Position numbers and translations under genes: made by a program
The notes under the pieces: generated by a model
What the model saw: the letters and a program-made list of their open reading frames with translations, nothing else
What the model was told of the DNA's origin: nothing
Database searches by the model: none
Assembly (NCBI GenBank): GCA_963745035.1
Contig: CAVUVW010000014.1
Coordinates: 704,001-768,000, forward strand
DNA from: an uncultured delta proteobacterium
GTDB taxonomy: Bacteria > Desulfobacterota > Binatia > UBA9968
DNA: 64,000 nt
Direction of reading: 5' to 3'
Shown: piece after piece, positions 1 through 9,798 of the stretch
Layout of the letters: each line of letters starts with the position of its first letter
Position numbering within the stretch: position 1 is the stretch's first letter

Positions 1-2
1 AT

Positions 3-278
3 GCGCGCTACCGCGACACGCCGCGGCCGCAGTATCCGGAGAGCGCGCGGCGCGAAGGGCGCGAAGGCCGGGTGCTCCTCCGCGTTTTGATCGACGATCA
101 AGGGCGAGCCAAAACGGTCGAGATCAACACGAGCTCCGGCAGCCAGGTCTTGGATCGCGCCGCGGCCGAAGCGATCCAACGTTGGCGCTTCCATCCAGCG
201 CGCTACGGCGACCAGCCGGTCGAAAGCTGGTTGCGCGTCCCGATAGAGTTCCGGCTCGCGGATGTAAAATCGTGGTGA
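3..278 (+). CDS. tonB: TonB family energy transducer, C-terminal domain (5'-truncated by the window edge)
   Basis: Frame 3 reads ARYRDTPRPQYPESARREGREGRV..SSG..LDRAAAEAIQRWRFHPA..VPIEF, the TonB_C pattern; it lies just upstream of a TonB-dependent receptor. Confidence 0.9.
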   Translation, partial: ARYRDTPRPQYPESARREGREGRVLLRVLIDDQGRAKTVEINTSSGSQVLDRAAAEAIQRWRFHPARYGDQPVESWLRVPIEFRLADVKSW

Positions 279-342
279 GCATTAAAGGAGGTTCACAAGT
301 CAGATCTCATTAACCGCAAACGGATGCAAGGGAAAGGGGTGA

Positions 343-423
343 CTCCGAAAAGGATAAAGGCAGAAGGCAAAAGGATGAATGAAAGTTTCATCCTTTATCC
401 CTTATCCTTTTAGCCTTTCAGAG
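343..423. repeat. Heptamer-repeat inverted repeat inserted in the riboswitch
   Basis: AAGGATA-AAGGCAG-AAGGCAA-AAGGATG is followed by the complementary arm TTCATCCTT-TATCCCT-TATCCTT-TTAGCCT. Confidence 0.85.
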
Positions 424-486
424 AATTCCCCTGCTGCCCCGCAACTGTAGGAGCTACGAAAGCCGCAAGTAAGCCACTGCTCAACT

Positions 487-549
487 GATTTGAGTCTAGG
501 TTTTTGAATTTGGCCGCAATCCAAAATCGAAAATCTAAAATCCAAAATC
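487..549. repeat. Second heptamer-repeat imperfect hairpin inside the riboswitch
   Basis: TCCAAAA-TCGAAAA-TCTAAAA-TCCAAAA (520-547) faces the degenerate arm GATTTGAGTCTAGGTTTTTGAATTTGG. Confidence 0.8.
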
Positions 550-648
550 ACGTAGGTGGGAAGGCGCGGTGAGTAGGTTCGAAGCTCGAGCCAGGAGACC
601 TGTCCGTTTGTCCCAACAACTCCCCTTTCGCGGGAAAAGGAGATGGTC

Positions 649-2605
649 ATGAAGTTTTTTCTCAGTTTGGTTCCTTGTATTTTGTTTTGGGTGGATGCCG
701 GCTTTCGCGGCGCAACCGCCGGAAGCAACTCTGCCGCCCGTGTTCGTGACCTCGACACGCACCGAGACTCCGCTCGAGCAGGTCACCACATCGGCGACCG
801 TCATCACCGCCAAGGATATTGAAGACCAGCAGGCCGAGACGGTGCTTGAAGTCTTGCGCCAGGTCCCCGGCTTTGACGTCGTGCAGACCGGATCCCGGGG
901 CACCGGCACGTCCGTATTCATTCGTGGCTCGGAGGCCGATCAGGTTTTGGTTCTAATCGACGGCGTGGAAGTTAACAGTACCACTACCGGCGCTTTCAAT
1001 TTTGCCCATCTGACGACGGAAAACATCGAGCGCATCGAAATTATTCGCGGCGCCGGCGGAACCCTTTACGGCTCCCAGGCGATCGGCGGCGTCATCAACA
1101 TCCTTACCAAGAGAGGACGCGGCCCGGCGGAATTCGGCCTGTCCGCCGAAGGCGGCAATGGTTGGACCAACCGCCAAACGCTCAGCCTGAGCGGCGAAGC
1201 TGGGCAAGCTCGGCTACTCGTTCAGCGGCGCGCGCATCGAGACCGACGGTTTCCGACCGTTTCAACGACGATTATCGAAATCTGGCGACATCGGCGCGCT
1301 TGGACTACAAAGTTACCGAAGACGCTGCGCTCAAAGGGATTTTTCGTTTCAACAAGACCGATGTCGGGCTATTCAACAGCAACAACTTCGTGCCCGGCGG
1401 GCGCGATCCCAACTCGCGCGAGGCGGTGACTCAATATCTCGGCAAAGTCGAATGGGAGCAGCGGCATCCTGAAGGAGTGGGACTATCGGATTGCTGGTTC
1501 GATCTTCAAAGAACACATCAAAGATAGCGACGATCCCGACCCACTCGAGGATTGTCAGTTTTTCGGCTTTCCCTGCGACAGCCGGACGCGCAGCCGCTTT
1601 CGGCCGCAAATCAGCAGCGCGGAGTTTCAAACCAACTATCGTTTCGGCGACTGGAGCACGACCACTTTCGGAACGGAATTCAAACGCCGCAAGGCGAGCA
1701 CTTCGAGCAGCTCCGATGGCTTTTCTCTCGGCGAGATCAACAAGGCGATCCGCAACATGGGCTACTATTTGGAGGAGCAAATCAAACTCTTCGGCGACCG
1801 GCTAATCATGATTCCCGGCATTCGTCTAGATGATCACCAGACGTTCGGCTCCGAGTGGAGCCCTTCGTTCTCTTCCTCTTATTTGTTCCGCGAAACCGGC
1901 ACGAGAGTCAAAACCGGCTATGCTGAAGGGTTTAGGGCGCCCACATTAAATGAATTGTTTTTTCCTCCCGGCTTCGGCTGTGCCGCGTTTGGCAATCCCG
2001 ATCTAGGTCCGGAAAAAAGCTGGGAGCTCAACGCCGGCGTGGAACAGACTCTGTTCGGCGACCGAATCACCGTCGGCGCGACTTTTTTTCATCGTGAGGT
2101 GAGCGACTTGATCGGCACCGGACCGACCCCAGATCCGACCGACCCGGCCTTTTGCGTACGCGCGGAAAACCTCGGCAAGGCGCGCTTCGACGGCGTCGAG
2201 TGGACAATGAATATCAAACTGCTCTCGTTCCTAGCGCTCGGCGCCAATTACACGTATCTCGATTGGGACACGGAAGACGGGCGCCTCAACCGCCGTCCAC
2301 ACCATCGCGGCAACGTGAGCTTGAATTATTTTTATGATCGCTTTCGCCTCAACTTCGACGCGCATCTGGTCGGCAAACGCGATGACATCGACTCGGTCAC
2401 GGGCGGGAACATCAAAAAAGGAAGTTACGCCAGATTCGACCTAGCGGGCTCCTATCGATTGCCCGTGAAAATCACTTTGGTGAAGGACGTCAGTCTTTTC
2501 GGCAAGATCGAGAATCTGTTCAACCGGAAGTACGAAGAAGCGGACGGCTTCCGCGCTCGGCCGTTGAACTTCTTGCTCGGCATTCGCGCTGCTTTTGGCA
2601 GCTAG
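649..2605 (+). CDS. btuB: TonB-dependent cobalamin receptor (several frameshifts)
   Basis: ATG 649 follows the SD and begins a hydrophobic leader. It has a plug domain (VFIRG..VLVLIDGV; IERIEIIRG..LYGSQAIGGVINI) and barrel motifs (GFRAPTLNEL, NPDLGPEKS, ENLFNRKYEE). Stitched from ORFs 695-1429, 1162-1527 and 1757-2605; it is riboswitch-controlled. Confidence 0.88.
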
Positions 2606-2627
2606 CGACACAGCAATTGTAAATCCG

Positions 2628-2936
2628 ATGCATCGCGTTACGGTGACCATTGACTTTGGACCGGCGGGAAAACCAGGATTCGAGACGATGGTCACCGTGC
2701 CGGAAAAGAGTACGGTTCTCGAGGCCCTATCGATGTCCGTTGCAGTCGTCACCTCACCCCGTTACGGCATGGATCACTTCGTCGAAGCGATCGACGGGAT
2801 TGAGAACGACTTGACCGGCGACCGCGGTTGGCGCTTCGAGGTCAACGGCCGCGGCTCCAACGTTCCCGCCGAGCGCTATCTCGTGAAGGACGGCGATTGG
2901 ATCAAGTGGCTCTACTTCGCCGGCGGCTGCTCGTAA
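2628..2936 (+). CDS. DUF4430 / transcobalamin C-terminal-like domain protein
   Basis: TVLEAL..FVEAIDGIEND..GWRFEVNG..ERYLVKDGDWIKWLY matches the DUF4430 pattern; it lies in a B12 operon. Confidence 0.75.
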   Translation: MHRVTVTIDFGPAGKPGFETMVTVPEKSTVLEALSMSVAVVTSPRYGMDHFVEAIDGIENDLTGDRGWRFEVNGRGSNVPAERYLVKDGDWIKWLYFAGGCS

Positions 2937-2940
2937 CAAA

Positions 2941-4536
2941 ATGAACGGAAGTCACCGCAAGAATGCTTTGATGATCCTCGGGACGGCTTCGCACGTCGGC
3001 AAGTCGGTCATCACGGCGGGCTTGGGGCGTTTGTTCGCCGACGATCGCTATCGTGTGGCGCCGTTCAAGGCGCAGAACATGTCGCTCAACTCCGCCGCCA
3101 CTTTGGACGGCGGCGAGATCGGCCGTGCTCAGGCGCTGCAAGCCGAGGCGTGTCGAGTCCTGCCGCGCGTCGAAATGAATCCGGTCTTACTCAAGCCTTC
3201 GACGGATACCGGCGCCCAAGTGATTCTGCTGGGAAAAATCTGGGGGCAGGTTTCGGCCGCGGATTATCACACACGGCGGGTCGAACAGCTCTTTCCCCAA
3301 GTGATGTCCGCCTATCGCCGGCTGGCGGTGGAGCACGATCTGATGCTGCTCGAAGGCGCCGGCTCGCCGGCGGAGATCAACCTGCGCGAACACGACATCG
3401 TCAACATGCGCATGGCCCATGCCGCCGACGCGGCTTGCATGCTCGTATGCGACATCGATCGCGGCGGCGCCTTCGCCTCGCTGCTCGGCACGATGGAGCT
3501 GCTCCAACCCGAAGACCGCGCGCGCATTCACGGCTTCATCATCAATAAATTTCGCGGCGACGAAACGCTGCTGCGGCCGGGTCTGGCCATGATCGAGCAG
3601 CGCATTGGCTTGTCTTGCGTCGGCGTCGTACCTTTTCTGCACGATCTCGGCCTCGACGAAGAGGACGGCGTCGTCCTTGAAGACCGCGCTTCGGCTGCGC
3701 GACGCTGGAAGAATCTCGAATCCGGACCATCGCGAACGCTCCGCGTCGGCGTCATCGCCGTGCCGCATATGGCGAATTTCACCGACTTCGATGCCTTGGC
3801 GTCGGAGCCGTCGGTCTCCTTGGCGTTCATCGAACAGCCGGAAGAAATGGCCGCGGCCGATCTGGTAATTTTACCCGGCACCAAACAGACCCTCGACGAT
3901 CTAGGTTGGCTCGAGCAGCGCGGCCTTGCGCGGGAGCTCTATCGACTGGCCGAAACAGGCGTACCGATCGTCGGCATCTGCGGTGGCTTTCAAATGCTTG
4001 GCTTATCCATCGAAGATCCGCACGGTGTCGAGAACCACGGCGAGCCCTGTAGTCGCGCGGCTCTGGGTCTGCTGCCGATCCGCACTGTGCTCCACCCGGA
4101 AAAAATGGTTCGGCGCGTTCATGGTTGCCTGCGAGGCGACCTTTTCCAGAAAAATTCTTCGCCGCCGCTAGATTTCGCCGGTTACGAGATCCACGTAGGC
4201 GAAACCTTTTACGAAACCGGCGCGCGACCTTTGGCCGATATTGAGCGGCACGGCGAAGCAAAGTCCGTAGCCGACGGTGCTGTGAGCGAGTCGGGCCGCA
4301 TTTTCGGTACCTACGTGCACGGCTTTTTCGACAACGATGATTTTCGCCATCGATTCATTCGAGCCGCCCGCGCAGCGGTCCAGCTGGCTCCGGCGGCAGC
4401 ATGGGTCCATATTACGAAAGAGCGCGAGGCGCGCATAGATCGCCTGGCGCATCACCTGAGAAGTTTTTTGGACGTCAAGCGCATCAGGAGCTGGATCATT
4501 GAACCGGCCACGTCGCCAGAAAGGCAAGCAAGTTGA
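2941..4536 (+). CDS. cobQ: Cobyric acid synthase
   Basis: Motifs GTASHVGKS, PFKAQNMSLNS, EGAGSPAEINL, GICGGFQMLG and GTYVHGFFDN. Confidence 0.96.
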   Translation: MNGSHRKNALMILGTASHVGKSVITAGLGRLFADDRYRVAPFKAQNMSLNSAATLDGGEIGRAQALQAEACRVLPRVEMNPVLLKPSTDTGAQVILLGKIWGQVSAADYHTRRVEQLFPQVMSAYRRLAVEHDLMLLEGAGSPAEINLREHDIVNMRMAHAADAACMLVCDIDRGGAFASLLGTMELLQPEDRARIHGFIINKFRGDETLLRPGLAMIEQRIGLSCVGVVPFLHDLGLDEEDGVVLEDRASAARRWKNLESGPSRTLRVGVIAVPHMANFTDFDALASEPSVSLAFIEQPEEMAAADLVILPGTKQTLDDLGWLEQRGLARELYRLAETGVPIVGICGGFQMLGLSIEDPHGVENHGEPCSRAALGLLPIRTVLHPEKMVRRVHGCLRGDLFQKNSSPPLDFAGYEIHVGETFYETGARPLADIERHGEAKSVADGAVSESGRIFGTYVHGFFDNDDFRHRFIRAARAAVQLAPAAAWVHITKEREARIDRLAHHLRSFLDVKRIRSWIIEPATSPERQAS

Positions 4537-5261
4537 CCAGCGTTACGCCTTCGACAAGCGAGTCGTATACAGTTCACGTCGGCCGGAAAGCCCTGGTGGT
4601 AAGCTTCCCAGCATCGGCACGAGTGCTGAGTTGGGCGCTGGTGAACGGCGGTTTTTGTCATGGCGATCATATCGTCAATCATTGGGTGCACTGCGATGAT
4701 CCCTGGTTTATCGCCCGGCCGCGGCAATGGCTGAAGCGGGCTGCGATGAATTTGGGGCTGCAAGGAACCGTTGTCGCGATGGCTACCGCCGTCGAGATGA
4801 AAAATCTCGTCCGAGTTTCATTCTCTCGAGCCAGCGCAGAGGTAACGTGCTTTGCCACGGTCGGCTGCAGCAACGCTCTTTCTGTCGGAGATCCGGCGTC
4901 AGTGGAGATGATGGACTCAACGGTGCCGCCTCACACCATCAACATGATTTTGATCGTTCAGCCAACGCTCACTGACGAAGCATTGGTGGAGGCGATTCAA
5001 ATCGCGACCGAGGGGCGGGTGCGCGCCCTGTACGAGGCCCGAGTTCAGAGCTCGGTCTCGAGTCTCGCCGCGAGCGGCACAGGGACCGACTGCATCGCGA
5101 TTGCTTCGCTCGGCGGCGGAGCTGGCGCACCCTATTGCGGCAAGCACACCGAGTTAGGCGAACTGATCGGCCGCGCCGCTTACGAGGCCGTGAAAAATGG
5201 GCTGGAGCGCATCTCGAGACGAGATAACGCTGTGCCCAAACAGGAAACGCAGAACCAATAA
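4533..5261 (+). CDS. cbiZ: Adenosylcobinamide amidohydrolase
   Basis: Motifs LSWALVNGG, ATVGCSNA, HTINMIL, ASGTGTDCIAI and YCGKHTELGELIG. Confidence 0.88.
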   Translation: MTSVTPSTSESYTVHVGRKALVVSFPASARVLSWALVNGGFCHGDHIVNHWVHCDDPWFIARPRQWLKRAAMNLGLQGTVVAMATAVEMKNLVRVSFSRASAEVTCFATVGCSNALSVGDPASVEMMDSTVPPHTINMILIVQPTLTDEALVEAIQIATEGRVRALYEARVQSSVSSLAASGTGTDCIAIASLGGGAGAPYCGKHTELGELIGRAAYEAVKNGLERISRRDNAVPKQETQNQ

Positions 5262-5416
5262 GAGTTCGGCCAGCAACGCGACATCTGTCGGAGTCGTTGC
5301 CGGCTACTCATGCATGAATTGTCCGGAATACTTCGCAATCAGATCAAGCTTCAAACCGACGATTGGCTCGATGTGTAGTCGTGGTGAATCTTGGTATGCT
5401 GCTCGCTGCCGAACAT

Positions 5417-6385
5417 ATGGATTGGCAACTTATTCTAAGCTCCTCGGCGGCGCTCCTGATCGGCGCCTTTGTCTTGGATCTCGCCGTCGGCGATCCGCGC
5501 TGGCTGCCCCATCCAGTCGTTCTGATGGGCAAGGTCATTTCACATGGCGAACGACTGTTGCATTGCGGCCGTTCTCGCAGCGACTTTCTCTCAGGCATCG
5601 CACTGTCACTTTTGCTGATTACGCTCTCCGCTGTAGCTGCATGGACACTCATCGCTCTCTTTCATCGGCTTCCTCTCTGGGTTTCGTTCATCGCCACTGC
5701 GGCTTTGGCTTCCACCACTCTGGCAACCCGCGGCTTGCTCGACGCGGTGAAGCGGATCGAAGCGCCGCTCCGCGCCGGCAATCTCATCGGCGCGCGCGAA
5801 AAACTCGCCCACATCGTCGGGCGAGAAACATCAAAGCTGGACCAGGACAAAGTGTTGCGCGCGAGTCTCGAATCTCTGTCGGAGAGCACCTGCGACGGCA
5901 TCGTCGCGCCGCTCTTCTATCTTTTTCTCGGCGGAGTTCCACTGGCCATGGCCTATAAGGCTGTGAGCACCTTGGATTCCATGATCGGCTACCGAACGGA
6001 AAGATATTTTTATTTCGGCAAGTTCGCCGCACGCCTCGACGACGCGATGAATTTTATCCCCGCGCGGCTGACCGCTTTGTTTATCGTCATCGCGGCCATG
6101 GCGCTGCGATGGAATCCACTTCGCGCGTTGGAGGTTGCATGGCGCGATCATGGCCATCATTTGAGCCCCAATGCGGGCTATCCTGAGGCGGCGCTGGCCG
6201 GTGCCTTTGGCGTCCGTCTCGGCGGTCCCAGCATTTACTTGGGCCAGGAAGTCTATAAACCTTACATCGGGGACGATTTGAAGCCGGTCGAAATCGAGAT
6301 GTTGAAGAAAGGACGTGCCTTATGCCTGGTCACGGCGATGCTCTCGCTTGCGACTTTCGTGCTGCTGTCGATCACCATCGCGTAG
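5417..6385 (+). CDS. cbiB: Adenosylcobinamide-phosphate synthase
   Basis: Motifs LDLAVGDPRWLPHPV, IVGRET, DGIVAPLFY, TLDSMIGY, DDAMNFIPARL and SPNAGYPEAA. Confidence 0.95.
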   Translation: MDWQLILSSSAALLIGAFVLDLAVGDPRWLPHPVVLMGKVISHGERLLHCGRSRSDFLSGIALSLLLITLSAVAAWTLIALFHRLPLWVSFIATAALASTTLATRGLLDAVKRIEAPLRAGNLIGAREKLAHIVGRETSKLDQDKVLRASLESLSESTCDGIVAPLFYLFLGGVPLAMAYKAVSTLDSMIGYRTERYFYFGKFAARLDDAMNFIPARLTALFIVIAAMALRWNPLRALEVAWRDHGHHLSPNAGYPEAALAGAFGVRLGGPSIYLGQEVYKPYIGDDLKPVEIEMLKKGRALCLVTAMLSLATFVLLSITIA

Positions 6386-7491
6386 AACCGGACGTCGACC
6401 GAAAGCACGGCGGCGATGTCGACGCGTGGGCGCAAAGCGCCGGCTTCGAAGCCGCGGAGATGATCGACTTCAGCGCCAGCATCAATCCGCTCGGACCGCC
6501 GCCTGCGGCGCGCCGGGCCTTTCTCAAGAGCTACGGCGAGATCTCGCGTTATCCTGATCCTTACGGAGACAAACTCAAAGCGGCTTTGGCTGAGCGGCAC
6601 GGGTTGAGCCCAAGCGAAGTGCTGCTCGGCAACGGCTCGACGCAACTCATCTATCTCTTGTGCGCGGCGCTGCGACCCGCGAAGTGCCTTGATCGTCGGC
6701 CCGGCGTTCGCTGAATACGCGAACGCTCTAACGCTTTGCGGGGCGACGGTTCGCCGATTGTCTCTCTCCTCCGACGACGGCTTTCAGTTCTCGACGCCGC
6801 GGTTTATCGCGGCATGGGACCAAGACTGCGACATCGTCGTTCTGACCACGCCTAACAGCGTTACCGGTCGATTGATCCCGAAAGTGGATTTGGAAAATAT
6901 CGCTCGCATCGCTTCGACGAGAAAATGCTTCCTTGTCGTCGACGAGGCATTCATCGATTTTACCGAGGCCGAATCCGTGAAGCTTCTCGTGCGCCATAAC
7001 GCTTATTTAATCGTGTTGCGGTCGCTGACCAAGTACTATGCTTTGCCGGGACTTCGGCTCGGCTATCTGCTGGCCGAGACTGGCCTTGCGGCTCGCCTTG
7101 CCATCTATCAGGAACCTTGGTCTGTCAACGCCCCAGCCTTGAACGTCGGGTTAGCTTGTCTCAATGACGCGGCCTTTGGAACGAGAACCAACCGCTGGCT
7201 TGGCAGGGAAAGAACGTTCTTGACGCGGAGACTGGCCGCGGTCACAGGCTTTAGTCCATTCCCGTCGGAAGCTAATTTTCTGTTGGTCAAACTCGACCCA
7301 ACCGGCTCCCGACGCATTGCACCTTCGTTCCTTTCTTGGCGAGAAGAAAAATCCTCATCCGCGCGTGCGATTCTTTCGCCGAGCTGGGCGCGCGGTATTT
7401 TCGCGTCGCCGTGAAGCGTCGACGAGATAATTTGCGGTTGCTTGCGGCGCTCGCCGAATGGAGCGCATCGAAAGAACGAATACCGTCGTGA
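6322..7491 (+). CDS. cobD: L-threonine-O-3-phosphate decarboxylase (two frameshifts; start uncertain)
   Basis: Motifs HGGD, DFSASINPLGPP, YPDP, GNGSTQLI, VDEAFIDF and RSLTKYYALPGLRLGY. The C-terminus ILIRACDSF..YFRVAV ends at TGA 7491. Confidence 0.88.
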
Positions 7492-8024
7492 ACAAGCAAA
7501 TCATTTTGATCACCGGCGGAGCGCGCTCAGGAAAGAGCCGCTACGCCGAAGAGCGCGCGGTCGCCTTGGGCGAGCGGCGGCTTTACGTTGCCACGGCCGA
7601 ATCCAAAGACGAAGAGATGGCGCAACGCATCGCCGCGCATCGAAAACGCCGTGGCGGCGCATGGATCACGATCGAGGAACCGGTGGAACTCTCTGTCGCG
7701 CTGCTCGCCCAGCGCGGCCAGACCGACTGCGCGCTGGTCGATTGCCTCACTTTGTGGCTGAGTAATATTTTGCTGCGGCGCGATGCCGAATACGCCGAAG
7801 AGAAAGTCAAGGAACTGGTCGAGACGATGCCATCCCTCGATTTCCATATTGTCTTGGTGACCAATGAGGTCGGCTCGGGCATCGTGCCGGACAACGCGCT
7901 CGCGCGACAGTTTCGCGATCTTGTGGGTTGGGCCAATCAGCAGCTCGCTGCTATCGCGAGCGAAGTCGTGCTCACAGTTGCCGGGCTTCCGATGATCGTA
8001 AAGAAGACGAACCCATGTCTCTAG
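7488..8024 (+). CDS. cobU: Adenosylcobinamide kinase / phosphate guanylyltransferase
   Basis: Motifs ITGGARSGKS, YVATA, VDCLTLWLSN, VTNEVGSGIVP and FRDLVG; GTGA overlap with cobD. Confidence 0.95.
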   Translation: MNKQIILITGGARSGKSRYAEERAVALGERRLYVATAESKDEEMAQRIAAHRKRRGGAWITIEEPVELSVALLAQRGQTDCALVDCLTLWLSNILLRRDAEYAEEKVKELVETMPSLDFHIVLVTNEVGSGIVPDNALARQFRDLVGWANQQLAAIASEVVLTVAGLPMIVKKTNPCL

Positions 8025-9067
8025 ACGAAACCCTCAAACGAATCGTTCCGTTGGATCGAGCAATGGAGCGCACAGCCCAACAGCGGCTGGACTCTCTCAC
8101 CAAACCGCAGGGAAGTCTGGGGAAGCTGGAAGAGTTCGCGCGCCGCATCGCCGTCATTCAGGGAAAAGTGCCGCCGAGACTCGGACGAAAACTGTTGTTC
8201 GTATTCGCCGCTGACCACGGAATCACCGACGAGAGAGTCAGCGCTTACCCGAAAGAGGTAACGGCGCAGATGACTTACAACTTTCTCACCGGCGGCGCGG
8301 CCATTAACGTTCTGGCACGCCACTATGGCATCGACACCGAAGTGATTGATGCCGGCGTCGACTATGACTTTCACGCACCGCGCGGTTTGCGCGAATGCAA
8401 AATCCGCCGCGCTACGGCGAATTTCGCCCGCGGGCCAGCGATGACCCGCGCGGAAGCTTTGCGCTCGGTCGAATTGGGTATTGAGCTCGTCCGCGAAGCC
8501 GCTGGTAATATTTTTCTTCTCGGCGCAGGCGACATGGGCATCGGCAACACCAGCAGCGCCACAGCGACTCTATGCGCGCTAACCGGCCTGCCGCCCGCCG
8601 ACGTCGTCGGACGCGGCACCGGCATCGACGACGCCACTCTCGCAAGAAAAATAGCCGCGATCGAACGAGGTCTCGAGATCAACCGGCCCGACGCCGACGA
8701 TCCGATCGACGTTCTCGCCAAAGTCGGTGGTTTGGAAATCGGCGCCATCGCCGGCGTGATTTTGGGGGCTGCGGAGCTTCGCGTGCCCATGGTGCTGGAC
8801 GGATTCATTTCCGGGGCGGCGGCGCTCCTCGCGCAGAGATTTTCTCCGCACGTGCGGGACATCCTGTTCGCTTCGCACCTCTCCGCGGAAAAGGGGCATC
8901 GCTTGTTGCTCGATGAGCTGAACCTTGCACCGGTGCTGGACTTGCAAATGCGCCTTGGCGAGGGCACCGGCGCCTGCCTGCTCATGGGTTTGATCGAGGC
9001 ATCGGTGAAAATCATGGGCGAGATGGCGACGTTCGAATCCGCCGGTGTAGGAGAGAAGACGCAGTGA
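8015..9067 (+). CDS. cobT: Nicotinate-nucleotide-dimethylbenzimidazole phosphoribosyltransferase
   Basis: Motifs LTKPQGSLGKLE, FAADHG, GDMGIGNT and MRLGEGTGA. Confidence 0.96.
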   Translation: MSLDETLKRIVPLDRAMERTAQQRLDSLTKPQGSLGKLEEFARRIAVIQGKVPPRLGRKLLFVFAADHGITDERVSAYPKEVTAQMTYNFLTGGAAINVLARHYGIDTEVIDAGVDYDFHAPRGLRECKIRRATANFARGPAMTRAEALRSVELGIELVREAAGNIFLLGAGDMGIGNTSSATATLCALTGLPPADVVGRGTGIDDATLARKIAAIERGLEINRPDADDPIDVLAKVGGLEIGAIAGVILGAAELRVPMVLDGFISGAAALLAQRFSPHVRDILFASHLSAEKGHRLLLDELNLAPVLDLQMRLGEGTGACLLMGLIEASVKIMGEMATFESAGVGEKTQ

Positions 9068-9798
9068 GCTCTTTTCTTGCCGCGCTTCAGTTCTTGACGA
9101 TTTTTCCCTGGCCCAGGACCAGAGACTACTCGGCCGATGAATTGGGAGGCGCCGCAATCTTCTTTCCCGTCATCGGCTTTTTGCTGGGATTGATTTTGGT
9201 ACTGGCGAACGCTTTGTTGGAACCGGTCGCGAGCGCCGGATTGTCGAGCGTGGCGCTCGTCGCACTCTCTGGCGTTTTTGACACGCGGCCTGCACCTCGA
9301 CGGCCTCGGCGACACCTTCGACGGCTTGGGCGCAGGCGGCGACCGAGAACGAATGCTGCGGGTCATGGATGATAGCCACACCGGTGCGTTCGGTTTGATC
9401 GCGATCGTCTTGCTGCTGTTTTTCAAGATTCACGCCATCGAAAGCATCGAGACCGAACGTTGGCGCGCTCTCTTGGCCGCGCCGGTCCTCGGCCGCTGGG
9501 CGATGGTTTTGCTCGGCCATCATTCGCAAGCGGCAAAGCCGGGACTGGGATCGAGCTTAGTTGATCACTTGAAAACTAAACACGTTGTGTCTTCGCCACG
9601 TTCATCACGTTGATTCTTGTCGCCGCAATTCTGCGCGAGGTCGGCGTGGCATTGATGATATGGATCGCGGCATTCAGCCTAGCGAGCAAAGCATTCTTTC
9701 ACCGCCGACTGGGCGGCGTCACCGGCGACACTTTCGGAGCGGTCGGCGAGCTAAGCGAGGCGTCCGTTCTCGTCATTCTCGCTCTGGGGCCGCGATGA
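9064..9798 (+). CDS. cobS: Cobalamin 5'-phosphate synthase (two frameshifts)
   Basis: Motifs ALQFLT, GLHLDGLGDTFDG, MDDSHTGAFG and GGVTGDTFGA across ORFs 9064-9372, 9278-9613 and 9610-9798. Confidence 0.9.

Larger units (their letters stand above)
317..642 (+). ncRNA. Cobalamin riboswitch with SD-sequestering hairpin
   Basis: Conserved blocks occur in order: AAGGGAAAGGGGTGA (328-342), AATTCCCC, GCCCCGCAACTGTA (436-449), AAGCCACTG (471-479), GGGAAGGC (558-565) and the B12 box GAGCCAGGAGACCTG (588-602). CAAACGGA (317-324) pairs with TCCGTTTG (603-610). CCCGC (438-442) can kiss GCGGG (630-634) in a hairpin holding the btuB SD AAGGAG (637-642). Confidence 0.93.

Noticed and set aside
343-549. 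CRISPR array
   Set aside because: The units are 7 nt with no unique spacers, and there are no cas genes.
5262-5416. Small Cys-rich gene between cbiZ and cbiB
   Set aside because: No convincing start, SD or family motif in any frame.
6322-6410. Possible CbiB-CobD fusion
   Set aside because: ATG 6322 has a plausible SD (AAAGGA) and cbiB ends normally; a fusion cannot be supported without reads.
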